This document shows, in pieces, positions 1 to 13,204 of a DNA stretch of 64,000 bases. Source of the stretch: Eledone cirrhosa. Taxonomy: Eukaryota. The stretch is taken from positions 116,250,001-116,314,000 of the forward strand of contig OZ024742.1 of the NCBI GenBank assembly GCA_964016885.1. Direction: 5' to 3'. Positions within the stretch are counted from its first letter, which is position 1; every line of letters starts with the position of its first letter. The translations under genes and the position numbers were made by a program. Below the pieces are notes generated by a model. That model was not told the origin of the DNA. It did not search any database and was given only the letters and a program-made list of their open reading frames with translations.

Positions 1-796
1 ATCTGCTAATCCGGTTTCTGTAAGTCTCTTTTGCCGGTAAAGACAAATTAAGTTTCCAGTAACCGGGACCCTGTCTATGTGTTTTCTCGAGATTGACCAC
101 GCAGGTCACTAATTTGTGATCCGTGTAGCCAACCGTGCGCATTTCTGGACAACTTAATATGTCCCTATCCTTACTTCTAACTAAGAATCTATCTAAGTAC
201 GATCTAGATTGACCACTGTGGTTTCTCCAAGTCCAGGTAGGCACAGTTGGAAAATCTAGTCGATATCTATCGACCAAGTTAAAACGGTCGAGTAACCCCT
301 TGAGGCTGTTACACCCCCCTCTATTAGGACATGCTCCTGCATAGTCCCAACGTGCATCTAGGATGTCATTCCAATCCCCCGCTAGAAGCAGGGAACGCGA
401 CGTTCCCAGAAAAGTCTCCAAACGCTGGAAGAAGTCGGGCCGTTCAGCTCCGAAAGGGGAGTAGACGGCGACCAGTCTCAAGGCCGCACTTTCACTACTG
501 CCAACGTCTAGCACCAACAAACGACCCTCCGGGTCCGAGTGCACAACCTGTACGGCAAGACCCAGGTGTTTTTGCAGCAGCACGACAACCCCACCCCCAC
601 CTCCAGGTTGACAGAGAGATGCATGCACCTCAAAGTCATCGAAGGTGGGGGCCAGCTGCCGCATGACGCTGATTCGAGTCTCACAGATAACCATTACATT
701 TATACTACATGACCTGAGGTCATTTAGAAGCTTTGCTTGCTTCCAAGTTGAGCCCAGGCCACGTGCATTCAAACATCCTACTCTTAACACATCCAT
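1..796 (-). CDS. Tx1 ORF2, N-terminal apurinic endonuclease (APE) domain, partial
   Basis: Hand translation from ATG at 796 stays open to the window edge: MDVLRVGCLNARGLG...VICETR...AGDWN...SRSYLDRF...YTDHK...GPGYWKLN. These are canonical L1/Tx1 endonuclease motifs. It is missing from the ORF track because it has no stop in the window. Confidence 0.9.
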   Translation of the reverse strand, partial: MDVLRVGCLNARGLGSTWKQAKLLNDLRSCSINVMVICETRISVMRQLAPTFDDFEVHASLCQPGGGGGVVVLLQKHLGLAVQVVHSDPEGRLLVLDVGSSESAALRLVAVYSPFGAERPDFFQRLETFLGTSRSLLLAGDWNDILDARWDYAGACPNRGGCNSLKGLLDRFNLVDRYRLDFPTVPTWTWRNHSGQSRSYLDRFLVRSKDRDILSCPEMRTVGYTDHKLVTCVVNLEKTHRQGPGYWKLNLSLPAKETYRNRISR

Positions 797-829
797 GTGG
801 GCGGCAGAGCCAAAGGAGAGTGTAGAGAC

Positions 830-2707
830 CTACCTTTCCGCTTCCCGGGGTTCGGGTTGCACGACTTCCATGGGGTCGGGGGTGTTGGGTGAAGGGGTGT
901 CTTGTGGTGGTGTGGGGTCGTCGGTGTGTGGTGGGGTTGGGGTGTTTGGAGTTGTGTTGGGGAGGGGAAGGGGAGGGGGAAAGCTTTTTAGTAGGACGCG
1001 GTTTATGGGTTTGACAGAGGGTGGTCCTACGTCCTCCTTAAAATCCTTTTTTAGTTTTTGGTAGAGGTTCATTGGGATTTTTATTAGTTTTAAATGTGGG
1101 TGGTTTTCTGATGAAACAAAGTTTACACCTTCGGTTTGTACCGAAGGATTATTGTATATGAGTTCATTTAATTTATTATTGTTTCTGTTGATGTAAGTAT
1201 AGTGTAATGTCTTTTTTTCCGATGGTGTGAGTGTTTCGAAGAGGGGAGGGGCAGGTTTGGTTTTGTTTGTTGCTGGAGGGGTGTTTTCTGTTTTGTTAGA
1301 TTGTGTTGCGATTTGGGTGGGGGTTGTTTGTGCTTGTGTGTTTTGCACATGTTTTCTTTTTTTCCTTTTAATCTGTCTGAAGGACTCCGTTTCTTCCTCC
1401 GAATTCGTTGGGTTATCTTCAGTGTTGGAGGGAAGAGGTATGTTTGCTGGTAATGTTTCCGTGTTGGTTTTCTTTGTGGGGGAGATGGATGTCACTATGT
1501 TAGACTGTGTTGTGTGTTGTGTCTGCGGTGGTTGTGTTGTTTTATTGAGTGAGAGGATGGGTGGGCCTGTATTTTGTTTTGGGGTAATGTGTTGTGACTG
1601 TTTGTGTTGTGGTGGTGTTGTGGTGTTACTGAGGGACGGGTTGGGTGGGACTGAGTTTTGTTGTTTGTTTATCTGTTGTGGTGGTGGTGGTGGAGCTGGT
1701 GTTGGTAGCAGGGTTTTCTTTTTGTTGAGTTGGGGACAAGCGGCCTTCAGGTGCCCTCTTCCTGCACAGATATGGCAGGACGGCCTTCTCCCCTCCACGC
1801 TAATGTTTATATACCCGTGGTCCTCTAATAGGATTCTGTCGGGTATTTGGGCGATGCGTTCAGGCTTCATTTGTACTACCAGCTCTCTACCTGTTCCACT
1901 GAACGCATTGCCTGTGGTTTTCCCAATGGAAATCACGTTGTCATTCACTGGATCGATGAAGCCAGCTATGAGCCAGCAGTAGTCCACATCTGGCATCATT
2001 GCATCCAGCCATATGCGTTGAGTTTTTTTCCCCATATAAGATGGATAAAAGGTGAAATTTTTCGAACGAATCGGTGACAAAGCACATTTTTTTGCCGCCG
2101 ATTCGTTCTTCATGATAATTGCTAGGCTTCCATACAGTCTGTCTTTTCTTATGAAAGTTGTTTCATTCAGTACTTCTGCGAGTACTGTTTTGATATCTGC
2201 TTGAGAATGCTGTTCAGGTTTTTTTGTACTGTTGTTGATGGTCCGAAACTTGACCGTTCGGCTTTCAATGTCTTTCGTGAATTCTTGAGGCATTTTTACC
2301 AATAAAATACCATTCTCACCTTCACTTATGTATTGTTTTGCGTCCGTGATCCTTCGTACCACATCTGAAATGTTTTCCGCTATATAAGTCAAAGATTTCT
2401 TTGTTTTCTGTGCAAATGAAATCTTGTCGTCTGCTTTGTTTTCTGATATTATGTTATTTTCAACTGTTATTTTTTTGTTTGTTGTGTCTTTGTTTGTGTT
2501 ATTAGTATTGTCATGCAATTTTTCAAATTTTTTTTCTTCGTTGTTTTCGTCATTTAATTTTTTCTCCGCAGATTCGTCCGTTTTTATTTTCATTTTTCCT
2601 TCCTTCTCTATGACGTTAGTTGGGAAGGAAGGGAGGACTAAAGCGTGCGAGCTTACAACTCTTACCGCTGTCCCCCCACCACTATTTTCGTTCGCTGCGT
2701 TTAACAT
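830..2707 (-). CDS. Tx1 ORF1, gag-like nucleic-acid-binding protein with CCHC zinc knuckle (625 aa)
   Basis: Intact ORF containing CHICAGRGHLKAAC (CX2CX4HX4C) and a P/T/Q-rich linker, directly upstream of ORF2. Confidence 0.85.
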   Translation of the reverse strand: MLNAANENSGGGTAVRVVSSHALVLPSFPTNVIEKEGKMKIKTDESAEKKLNDENNEEKKFEKLHDNTNNTNKDTTNKKITVENNIISENKADDKISFAQKTKKSLTYIAENISDVVRRITDAKQYISEGENGILLVKMPQEFTKDIESRTVKFRTINNSTKKPEQHSQADIKTVLAEVLNETTFIRKDRLYGSLAIIMKNESAAKKCALSPIRSKNFTFYPSYMGKKTQRIWLDAMMPDVDYCWLIAGFIDPVNDNVISIGKTTGNAFSGTGRELVVQMKPERIAQIPDRILLEDHGYINISVEGRRPSCHICAGRGHLKAACPQLNKKKTLLPTPAPPPPPQQINKQQNSVPPNPSLSNTTTPPQHKQSQHITPKQNTGPPILSLNKTTQPPQTQHTTQSNIVTSISPTKKTNTETLPANIPLPSNTEDNPTNSEEETESFRQIKRKKRKHVQNTQAQTTPTQIATQSNKTENTPPATNKTKPAPPLFETLTPSEKKTLHYTYINRNNNKLNELIYNNPSVQTEGVNFVSSENHPHLKLIKIPMNLYQKLKKDFKEDVGPPSVKPINRVLLKSFPPPLPLPNTTPNTPTPPHTDDPTPPQDTPSPNTPDPMEVVQPEPREAER

Positions 2708-2988
2708 TTCTGTTAGACGATTGAAATTTTTTACACAAAATTTTTTTTAAAACAGGTTTTTCACCTCTAGGAGGGGTAAAGATGAGCTGACCCACCGCCT
2801 GACAGTTCAGACGGAGGGTCAAGCTACACAATTGTATCAAAATTAAGTTTGAACTCACAAAATTTCCTCAATAAATTTGAACAAAACTTCTGTGCGAAGT
2901 GAATGACATACACACTGTAGAACAGACGACAGCTAGATTGTATAGCTAGAGAGATAGATAGATAGATAGACAGACATACACATAGATA

Positions 2989-5900
2989 CATTTCTTTATT
3001 AGCCACAAGGGCACAAAAGAAGGGGACAAATACAAATGGCGAGTTTACACACAGGTATATGAAAATAAAACTGTTAATACAATAACAAATAACAATTGAA
3101 ATCCCCAATAGGGGGAGGTGTTACACGGGGGTTGTACATACCCCGAAAAAATGTACAACCCTCATCTCCAGGAACACCAACAGTCAGTACTCCCCTCCTC
3201 TTTTCCTCTTTTTCCTCAACCTACGGGCTATTATAGAGAGAAGACCCAACCACTCGGGCCTTCTTTGCCACATTCACCCACCTTTATAAAATTTGCTGGG
3301 ATACAGCACCTTTCTCTCCATCCTGATTCTTCTTCCAAAATGATATTTGAAAAAACGTATCAGTTGCTCGCCGGAGAGAAAGGTGCCTGACGCCAGCCCT
3401 TTTAACCTCGTCCACCCTATAACCTCTTTCAGCATAGCCATAACACAGGAAAACCGCCTCTCCCTCATTTTTGAAGGAGGGTGGCGGTTTGATCATGACA
3501 ATGGACTCGGTGGTCAACTAGATTGGTCCCACCCGCGACAATAGTCGTTCTACTTAGCCCCACAGGTCGGTAACGCCCAGGCAGTGTGCAAATGCATATG
3601 CAACAGTTTCCTCGTCACGCAGGCATCTCGGACAGATCTTTTTCGAAGGGTACCTACCCGGGCGCCTGTGTCTGTAGAGCTTGTCTCGAACTGGTAGAGT
3701 TCCTCGTTAGCACTTCCAGGCCACGGACTTTTGGAAGTTGTCCATTGGTCCCAAGCGGAAGGTCCTACCGAATAGACTGGCAAGTTCGTCCTCCTCTACG
3801 CCTAGAGTTTCTCCGAGCGTGTCCAACCCTCTATAGAATATCGAAGTGGAGTCTCCACTGATCGCCGGGTCCGTTTGCCAGAGGACTGTGATCGCCTGAG
3901 CACATTCAATGTGCCAGTCGCCCAATTTCCTCGGTCTTTGCTGACCCAGAACTGCAGCTCGGTCAGCGAGACGGGTCGTTGGAAGGCTCGCCTCACGAAC
4001 GGGGCACAGACCGGTTGTCTGGTGAGGAATACGTGGAGGTGCCGCAGCCTGAGCGCGTGTTTGCGCATCGTCAGCCACGCCATCGCCGGCCCTCAGTTTG
4101 AAGGATGTTGGCAGCAGATGGATCTTCTCACCAAAGGAGCCCGTTTCTTCCAAAGGAATTGGAAGAGCGCGCGCTCCATTTTGGTGAGCGTTTTGGCTGG
4201 ACAAGGCACAACGGTCAAGCGGTAGTAGATGACGGACGCTCGACCTTTCAAGGATAGTTTGCACTCGGCCGACTTCTGGGTGGGCGCAAAGACCTTGGCA
4301 GTCACCTCGTTCCAGTTCTACTCCACCTGGAGGTCAGGACAAACCATACCCCGAGCAACTTTACCGGTCCTTCCATCCAGCGTCCGATGACGTCCTCGGA
4401 AGGCATCGGTTTGCCTCTCCACGTTCCGAGTTGCAAACCGACGGATTTGTCCCGGTTCAGCTTCGCTCCTGTGAACATTTAGTATTCCTCCAGTAAGGTG
4501 CCGGTCTCCCCGATTTGCGAGGTGCTCGACACCATTACTGTCATTTCGTCGGCGTAGGCTGACGCCGCTTTTCGCACTCCCGGTTCCAAAGGGATGTCCT
4601 GCAATAGCTCCAACTTCCGCAGTAGTGGCTCGAGAGTCAGTACGTACAGAAGGGAGGAGAGAGGGCATCTCTGTCGGTGGATCGCGTGATATGGAACGGC
4701 TCCGAGAGGTAGCCGTTCACCTTGACCCTTGAGCAGATGTTGCTGTTATGCATTGCAGCAATCCAGCCCCTGAACACGGGACCGAAGCCTGCCGCCTCGA
4801 GCACCGCATCCAGGTAACGATGGTCAACCAAATCGAAAGCCTTAGACTGATCCAAGTTGATCAGGGCCCCACCGAAGCCGGGTTTACACCCTACTCTCTC
4901 TATGACGTATCGCATGAGATGGAGGTTGTATATGGAAATGGTCGGGATTGCGCATGTCTGCGCTTCTCCCACCAGGTTTTCGACGACGAGCGCCAGCCTC
5001 TTTGCCAACACCTTGGCCAGAATGTAACTCTGTTTTGAGCAGAGTTATGGGCCGGAAGTTGCCTATGTCATCCACATTGTTCTCGTCCTTCCTGACTAAC
5101 GTGATTACGCCCTTGGTCACAGAACTGGGAATTCTCCCGTTCTGCTGCCAGTTGCAATAGACCGCTTCCAGGAGACCGAAGAACAAGTCCGGCATTGCTA
5201 CGTAACATTCGTAGGGTAGACCGTCGAGACCTGGAGAATTGCGTTTTCCGCATTGGCCCAGCGGGTCCCCTATCTCAGCGGCCGAGATCGGCCTTGCGCA
5301 GAACTTCGCCTCGCTGTCCGAGAGTCGCGGTAGGCCGTCAAGTTATGAACCGAAATCCAAAGCCCCTCCCGGCGCGCCGCCCTGCCCGAACAATTGAGCA
5401 AAGTGCCGCTGAAAGGCTGCGCACATTTGCTTCGGCTCATGTATCACGCGTCCGTATTGGTCCTTCAAAGACCGATTCGTAGACTTGTTGCCACTTTTCG
5501 CCTCCGTCACTCGGGCCCAGCTAACAGCTTTGGCTCCCTCGTTTCCCAGAGCACGTATTTTGCTTCTGACAACGCAGCCTTCATGCTTTGCGTCGAAGAA
5601 CTGCTCCAAGGCCGTTCTCGTCGCTGGCACGCTGGCTACGTTGCCACTCCTAAGTGCCTCTTAGGACTTATTTCTATCTAACACAAATTTTCGGACTTAT
5701 TTCTATCTAACACAAATTTTCGGACTTATTTCTATCTAACACAAATTTTCGGACTTATTTCTATCTAACACAAATTAGTTACTAAAACCTATCGAGTCTA
5801 ATCTAACTGCCCTCTTGAGAGAGTACCACCATCTGTTGTTTACAATGGCCTCCGCCAAGTGCTGCTTAACTAAAGAGCTAATCCGTCTACTGTAGGCTTT

Positions 5901-6250
5901 GCGTGTCGGTAACGAAAAGTTCAGCTTCCAGTAGCCGGGTCTCTGTGATGGGTTTTGTCAAGGTTGACTAAGCAGCTCACTAATTTGTGATCTGAATAGG
6001 CAACCATGAACATGTCTGGACAGCTTAACATGTCGCTATCCTTCTTTCTAACTAGAACCCTATCTAGGTACGATCTAGATGTTCCGCTGGATTTAGTCCA
6101 CATCCACAGTGGCACAGTTGGAAAATCTAGTCGATATTTATCGGCCAGGTCAAATCGGCCGATTAACTGTTTGAGGCTGTTACATCCCCCTCTATCGGGA
6201 CATGCTCCCATATAGTCCCATTCCAGTCAACCACTAACAGCAGGGAGCGG
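2989..6250 (-). mobile_element. 5'-truncated, frameshifted Tx1 LINE copy B
   Basis: Fragments carry EN (SRSYLDRV, YSDHK), RT (NFRPITLL, LDQSKAFD, YADE) and the C-terminal region, collinear with copy C. The 3' end reads CCTTGTGGCTAATAAAGAAA. Direct repeat GACATACACATAGATA at 2973-2988 and 6251-6266 is the TSD, in a (GATA)n tract. Confidence 0.92.
5664..5776. repeat. 29-bp minisatellite (about 3.9 copies) inside Tx1 copy B
   Basis: Unit GGACTTATTTCTATCTAACACAAATTTTC repeated perfectly. Confidence 0.95.
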
Positions 6251-6629
6251 GACATACACATAGATAGATATATAGACATGTAGATAGACAGATAGTTAGA
6301 TACATAGATAGATAGATATTATATGCCAGTGAGGGGAAAAGATTGGTGCATTAGGATAAAGATAAATTTACGCTGGTTTGCTCTTTACATATTCAAAATA
6401 CAAATCACGCCCGTATAGTGTTTATCGTACATAATTCTATATTCAATTCGACAATGTAAGAAGCAGTTAAAGAGTATCAGATATTTATTGAGTTATAAAT
6501 CTTTATAGAATGTGTAATCTTATCAATAAGATACACATAATATTCATAATATATGCACATAATTCAAGAACGTAAGCAAAATACGTGATTTTGTAGCATA
6601 AATACATGTAACCACACTGCAGCTGAAAG

Positions 6630-7000
<371 letters not shown>

Positions 7001-8095
7001 GTGTTTGTGTGTGTCTGCTTATGTGAGTATTTATGTATATATAAATGCATTTATCCATATATATAAATATGTGTTTGTGTTTGGGTGGGGGTTGTGTGTA
7101 TGTGCGTGTGTGTTTGTGTATCTGAATGCATATACTTAAATATATATGTATTTAGGTATGTATATACTCACAGAGCTAAATTTAATTACAGTCATGTCGA
7201 TATTGCTTTCGGTAGTTTATATCTTGAGAGGTCCATCATCGTGTACTGAATATATATTGATATGTTTGTCTAACATTTTATTGCTTGCTTGGCCACCGTA
7301 AATAATAACTAATCTTTAAAAAATGACGGTATTTCTCTGTCCTTATAAATATATGAAATTTAAACAATTTTCTCTGAAAGTAACCTCGATATATTACGTT
7401 TCATATAACTTTATTTTTTAATGTTATGTTTATGAGGCAATTTGAGAGTCCCAGCATGATCATTAGACATGTTAGAAATAGTAGCAAAATCTCCTCTAAA
7501 TTCTGATACGCATCTCAAGCTGATGAGGCCAAGGGACCGTTGATATAAAATTTACTTTCTTAAAACTATTTTTTTACTTTAGTCTACATTTATGATGCAA
7601 CAGTGAAGTAACTGGAAGTACTTCCCCTATGAAGTAACTGGATTGGCTAACGATATCTCGCAAATCGCCTTGAGATCCCACTATATCATCATGAAAATTA
7701 TACCTGAAAATGTATTTCATATACTTACAAACCAAGGTTTTATTCGTTACTCAGTTGCTCGACTTAACAGAAATAACAGCCAAACGTACTTCAAATGACT
7801 TTATTAAAAAAAAAAAAGAATACATTTTGTATCTTTATGAACCCATAATAGAATACCTATGCAGCCATGCATGGAATAGGACCCCGATTTTTTTATGAAA
7901 AGTCACAAGGCCTTTAAAAATATGACGCATAATGTAAGATAGTATAGTTCTTGATATCTGACCATAATTAGGTTAAATGAGGGTTTATCATCTGTTAAAT
8001 AATCATATATCTACGACCACCTTATGTCATGTGAGACCATTGAATTGAAGCTGCAATTGTCTTCCCCTGACGCAGGCTTGATTAAGGTTTGGTGT

Positions 8096-8292
8096 AATGG
8101 GATGTGATATCTTACAATTTTACTTTCTGAAAATTTGTTTTGGGGGTTTGCAGCGATGCCACTGTATCCACCCTTTCCATTTACTAGGATAACATTGGTG
8201 GCAAGAATTGGGGATACCTTTAGGTATAGACTACCTGCAAACCCCCAAAACAAATGTTCCGAAAATAAAATTGTAAGATATCACATCCCATT
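8096..8292. repeat. Fold-back inverted repeat, about 58-bp arms and about 80-bp spacer (MITE-like)
   Basis: AATGGGATGTGATATCTTACAATTTTA...GGGGGTTTGCAG (8096-8153) and its reverse complement at 8235-8292. Confidence 0.85.
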
Positions 8293-8635
8293 CTCTAAGA
8301 ATTGCGTCAGTCTACTGCTCTGAAGTGCTACTTTACTTATCGACCTTGATGAAATGAAACACAAACTTCAGTATGTTTTGAACTCAAAGCAAAGACAGCT
8401 AGAAATATGTAGACGGAGATACAATTCATTCATCCACATGACGACTTCCTATTTTACATATTGAACTCTAAACCAGACAAAAGGACAACATATTTGGAGT
8501 GGATACAAGCAGTGGGTATATGCAACTCTGTGATCGCGGGGCCTGCTAGAAACAGCAGTAAGTTCTGCGTTAAAACAAAGTGTATCGTCTTGTGAAAGGA
8601 AGTGTACACTAGATAATGCAATCTCATATAAATTT

Positions 8636-8765
8636 AGGCGGAGAATTGGCAGAGTTACTAGAGGGTTGAATACATCGTGGTGCTTGTCACGTCGTGTTGA
8701 GCTCAACGTTGCTTTTCAGCCTTTCGGCATAGACAACATTGAAGTAGCAACCCAAAACTTAGAAT
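8636..8765 (+). mobile_element. Degenerate tRNA-derived SINE
   Basis: GGCGGAGAATTGGCAGAG head and GCTTTTCAGCCTTTCGG core resemble the better copies at 18425-19000. Confidence 0.45.
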
Positions 8766-11700
8766 TGGCATCATGTTCAAGCACCATACGAGTCATATTG
8801 CGATACTTTTTCCGTTTTTTTTTTTTTTGTATTCTGAGTTGAAATAATCGCAGTGGCCTAGAACATGGGATATTGGTTCCTTAGCAAACGCCTGTCTATC
8901 GCCAGAATTCTGACTTGGTCCTCGATTGAACGATAACAACCTCCCACACTTCGCATCGTTAATAATCATTATAAAAATGATTATATGTACTTATTTGATT
9001 ATATGGACTATGCCTTAGCAAACAATTTGAATTCTAAAGGTATACACTTATAAATAAACAAACTAGATTTGATTTAAACTGGAAATTAAACACGTTTCTA
9101 CCACACGTTTTATCAATCCGAGAGTAGAAAACATGGGATTGTTCTGATTAGTATATACAGTCCTCAGAGAAATATTACCCCAAAGAATAGGCAACATTGC
9201 GGAATAAAAAGCGGAATGATTTCATATATATTCGATAAAATAATAAGTATATTTCAATGGATATGTTCTTTTACCTTGAAAACATACAAACCGCATTGAT
9301 GGAAGGTCGACTTTTTAAAGTGGAATCTGTAAAACATCGACCTCAATTCTAAATATGATTTGAATATTCTGGCTTGGGATAAGAATTCCAACAATGAAAA
9401 TAAAGCGGTAGAGATGAATGATGCTAAATAAATTGTGTTGTTAGCTCAACAACACACCAAATCTCTATGGTATTTTCTCCATTTTTATTGTAAATTTATT
9501 GATTCTCTTGTCTCTATATTAGAGTGTACACATACAAACATGTATATATATATATATTTTATATATATATATGTATATATATATATGTGTGTGTGTGTGT
9601 GTGGGTATGTGTATGTGTGTGTGCGTGTGTGTGGGGTGACTGTTTGTGCACGTATTTATATCGTATGTGTGTGCAAGTGTTTGTTGTGATAAATGCGGTA
9701 TTTATGAAACATGGTGGTGGATAACATACGACTTGGTGAAATGTGTTTTTCCACTCTTTTCTCTGTTACCTTTAATATGTTTCGTTCTTTCATTTACTGA
9801 CAAAAACAATATCGATAAACGAATGCATTTGTTATTCCGTTATGCTCAGGAAAATCGAAAATTGGACCGCATAAACAACGTTCCCATTACTGCCACTATA
9901 TGCCGGTCACATTTCTTGGTGATCAGAGCAATATGAAATTGACTTTTCTTCTCAAGAATATAACGCGACGCCGGGTCCGAGAACTGAATCCATGATACCT
10001 TAATTACTAAGCCAGGTATCTTCGCAAACACACTCATACTATTAGTTTCGTATAGTGTAATTTTTTAACTTAAGCATTGGAGATGGCAATACATTGAGTA
10101 ATAAAATGTTTAACAAAGAAATAATTTCAATCAATTGCACTTGTGTTTGGATAAATGCGTACTAAATGAAATACGAATTGTGATTATGAATGGCAAGGTA
10201 GATGATACTTCCATTTTGATTAATGGAAAATATTTTAAAATGAAATCTTTTGGGCTATTGGGTATCATGTTAACCATACGATCGTAAAGACATAAAGGTT
10301 CAGATTTCTAAATTAGTAGCGTGCTTTTTCCTAGAGAAAGACACTTCATTTCACTCTCCTCCTGTCCTTGTCGGAAAGGAACATTCTATTGTATTAGCCA
10401 CCAGCATTTCAGCCAGATAGTCTTAAAAGGAATGAGGAGTTTTACAAGGTTTTCAATTATAATTGTTTTATTTTAATAATTTAATTAATAAGGGGTAGGT
10501 AATTCACATTTTCGGGATCAGAGACACATGAGAGCGGAATATAAGTCGAGATCTGGCTCTGCGAATGCTTGCAAAAAATGGACTTAGTTACAGTCATTAA
10601 AGTGGCAGCTCTTTGCATAAGACTGGGCAATATACTAAAGAGCCTACGATGTGGCGAAGTTTTAATCTGTTTCGTTCATATGACTTGAGTCAGTTGTCCA
10701 AGCTTGAATGCAATGGGATCATATGTAAACGGAATCACATTTTTGAAAAGTAAGTTACTTGACACGACTTCCAGATTACCGACCTAAATTTTACACAAAT
10801 GTAAACGAGGGCTATTGAAAATATACTACCAGACATCTGATCCAACAGTCTGCCATTTCTACCAAGGCACCGTATCCTGTTCTTAAAAGATATTATATTG
10901 AAGGACTAGTGTATAATTTTGCATTACAGAGTTTTATACTTTACTCCATATCTGAAAAGGAATACATTAACTTCGACTAACCATTACAGCTATGGACATA
11001 TGTTGGCTGCCTCCAGCATATCTTCATTTGTACATTCGTTACGTCAAAGACAACTATAATATGTGTTTACTTATGTAAGTATGTCTGTCTGTCTGTCTGC
11101 ATGTATGTGTGTGCGAATATATGTACATATGAGAATCTATGTGTGCATGTGTGTTTATATATATATATATGTGTGTGTGTGTTTGTGTGTGTGTGAGTGT
11201 ATGTATGCCTGCGTGTGTGTTTCTAAACTCTCTTTATATTTTTGTTGAGTCACTAATGTTTGGTATAATCTTTTACTAAATCTGTTTATATGTGCATTTT
11301 TCTTTCGCATACGTGTGTGTATGTGTGTTTGTGTGAGTGTTTGTGTGTGTTTGCATGTCTTTGCGTATGGGAGCGCGATTGCGTTACTTTCATAGTGTGC
11401 AATAATGTGAATATGTATTATGGTTTGCATTTGTATGACAGCATAGAAGAATATAAATGTAGTGTGAGTGTGTATGTGAATGTATCTGTACGTGAGAAGG
11501 ACTATTTTGCGTGCGTATACGTATGAGCATTTTTAGTGTACGTTTGCTAATATGAATGTGTATGTCTGTCTATTTGTGTCTAAATATGTGTTTAAATGTG
11601 TGTGCATCTGTGTCTGTGTTTCTAGGTAACCTTTGTTACTGTTTACTTTACGGGTGTGTATGAATGTTTGTATGTTTGATAAGTGTGATAGTGTACATGT

Positions 11701-11959
11701 ATTTTCCCTCATTGATTGAACATTTTTCATTATTGATCTTGAGAGTGGTACAATGTATGTTTCTCAGACTTCTATACTTTTACTCCATGCGAATTCTGGG
11801 CATCTTGACAAAATACATGTACCACGGTATGATATTTACAACCTATTACGACCTATGCTTCATTTATTTTATGTCAGACTCAAATTAAATATTATTTTGA
11901 TTTGTTTTGCCTTTAGACCAGAACGCAAGTTTTATTTATTTTTACATTTATTACGTATA

Positions 11960-12098
<139 letters not shown>

Positions 12099-12099
12099 C

Positions 12100-12990
12100 A
12101 ATTCTTTTTTTCCTTATCTTCTATTTTGTTCATGCTGTTCAGGAACACATTTGCTGGTTTATAATGTCTGCCGCTTTTAACGTGACTGTTTTGAATTTCG
12201 CTTTTGAGTGTTCAGTGTTTTGGGTTTATTTTTTGAAAGTGCGTGTGTGTGTGTGGTGATTATTTCCTGATTTTCGTTTCCTGTATTACAGCGTCATTTA
12301 TTTCTATAACGTCTTTGCAATTAAATTTATATTTAAATTTTATAAACCGCTCTCAAGCATCGTTGTTCACGAGAAGCTCGAGGTCAATGATAATTGCTGA
12401 TGTTATATTTCATGGAATCAATTTCCTTGTATGATATGTTGTTTAGATTGCGTGTGTGTGTATTAGTGTGTGTGGGTATTTTTAAGTCAAGTATTGTGTG
12501 TGAGTAATTTGTTGCTTATTTGTGTGTTGAGTCTACGTATGCGCAAGACATCCTTAATTCTTAAATTGCCCATAATTCTCTCGTTGGGTTCAATATTGAC
12601 AATTCTAATGTTGTTGGTGTTTCTGCAATTCTCAATCTATTTTTTTAATGAGGATGTATGTGTGTTTAGGTGTTCTTTAATACAAGTGTGAAGTGCGCGA
12701 TTCGTGTTACCAATGTAGAACACCTTACATATGCTACATTCAATCCGGTATGCCAGATTTGTCCACCGGCATATATTTGTGTTGCGGATAGGGCAATAAG
12801 TCAACGAGCATTGGATGTTATTGTCCCTGAATAGCTTTTTAGTGGGTATCCAGATAATATTTTCTCCGAGAGTTCCTTATGCTCTGAAGTAGGGAATTTT
12901 AAGTCCCGAAATATTAGAAGGAAAGAAATAACATCAACAAAAAAAAAATTACCAGGCAACTAACCTTTTCGTTACCTCCATCTTACCGTT
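12100..12990 (-). mobile_element. Penelope-like element remnant (GIY-YIG endonuclease region)
   Basis: Minus-strand translation of about 12660-12795 gives CPIRNTNICRWTNLAYRIECSICKVFYIGNTNRALHTCIKEH, a PLE-type GIY-YIG domain. It lies between microsatellite tracts. Confidence 0.8.
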
Positions 12991-13025
12991 CATTTTGCAG
13001 TGTTTAGCCTTATATCACTTTCAAG

Positions 13026-13202
<177 letters not shown>

Positions 13203-13204
13203 AA

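Larger units (their letters stand above)
1..2915 (-). mobile_element. Tx1/L1-clade non-LTR retrotransposon copy A (5' part; runs off left edge of window)
   Basis: Gag-like ORF1 (830-2707) is followed after 33 nt by an open ORF2 with an APE endonuclease. The 5' boundary is approximate. Confidence 0.9.

Noticed and set aside
1227-1982. Long plus-strand V/G/C-rich ORFs (also 61212-61802, 41377-42614 minus, 58467-58976)
   Set aside because: They are antisense shadows of retrotransposon ORFs.
5664-5776. 29-bp direct repeats as a possible CRISPR array
   Set aside because: The repeats are contiguous with no spacers, there are no cas genes, and the context is eukaryotic.
10540-10760. Cys-containing frames faintly like SRCR
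   Set aside because: They need frameshifts, have no consistent splice sites, and are likely chance.
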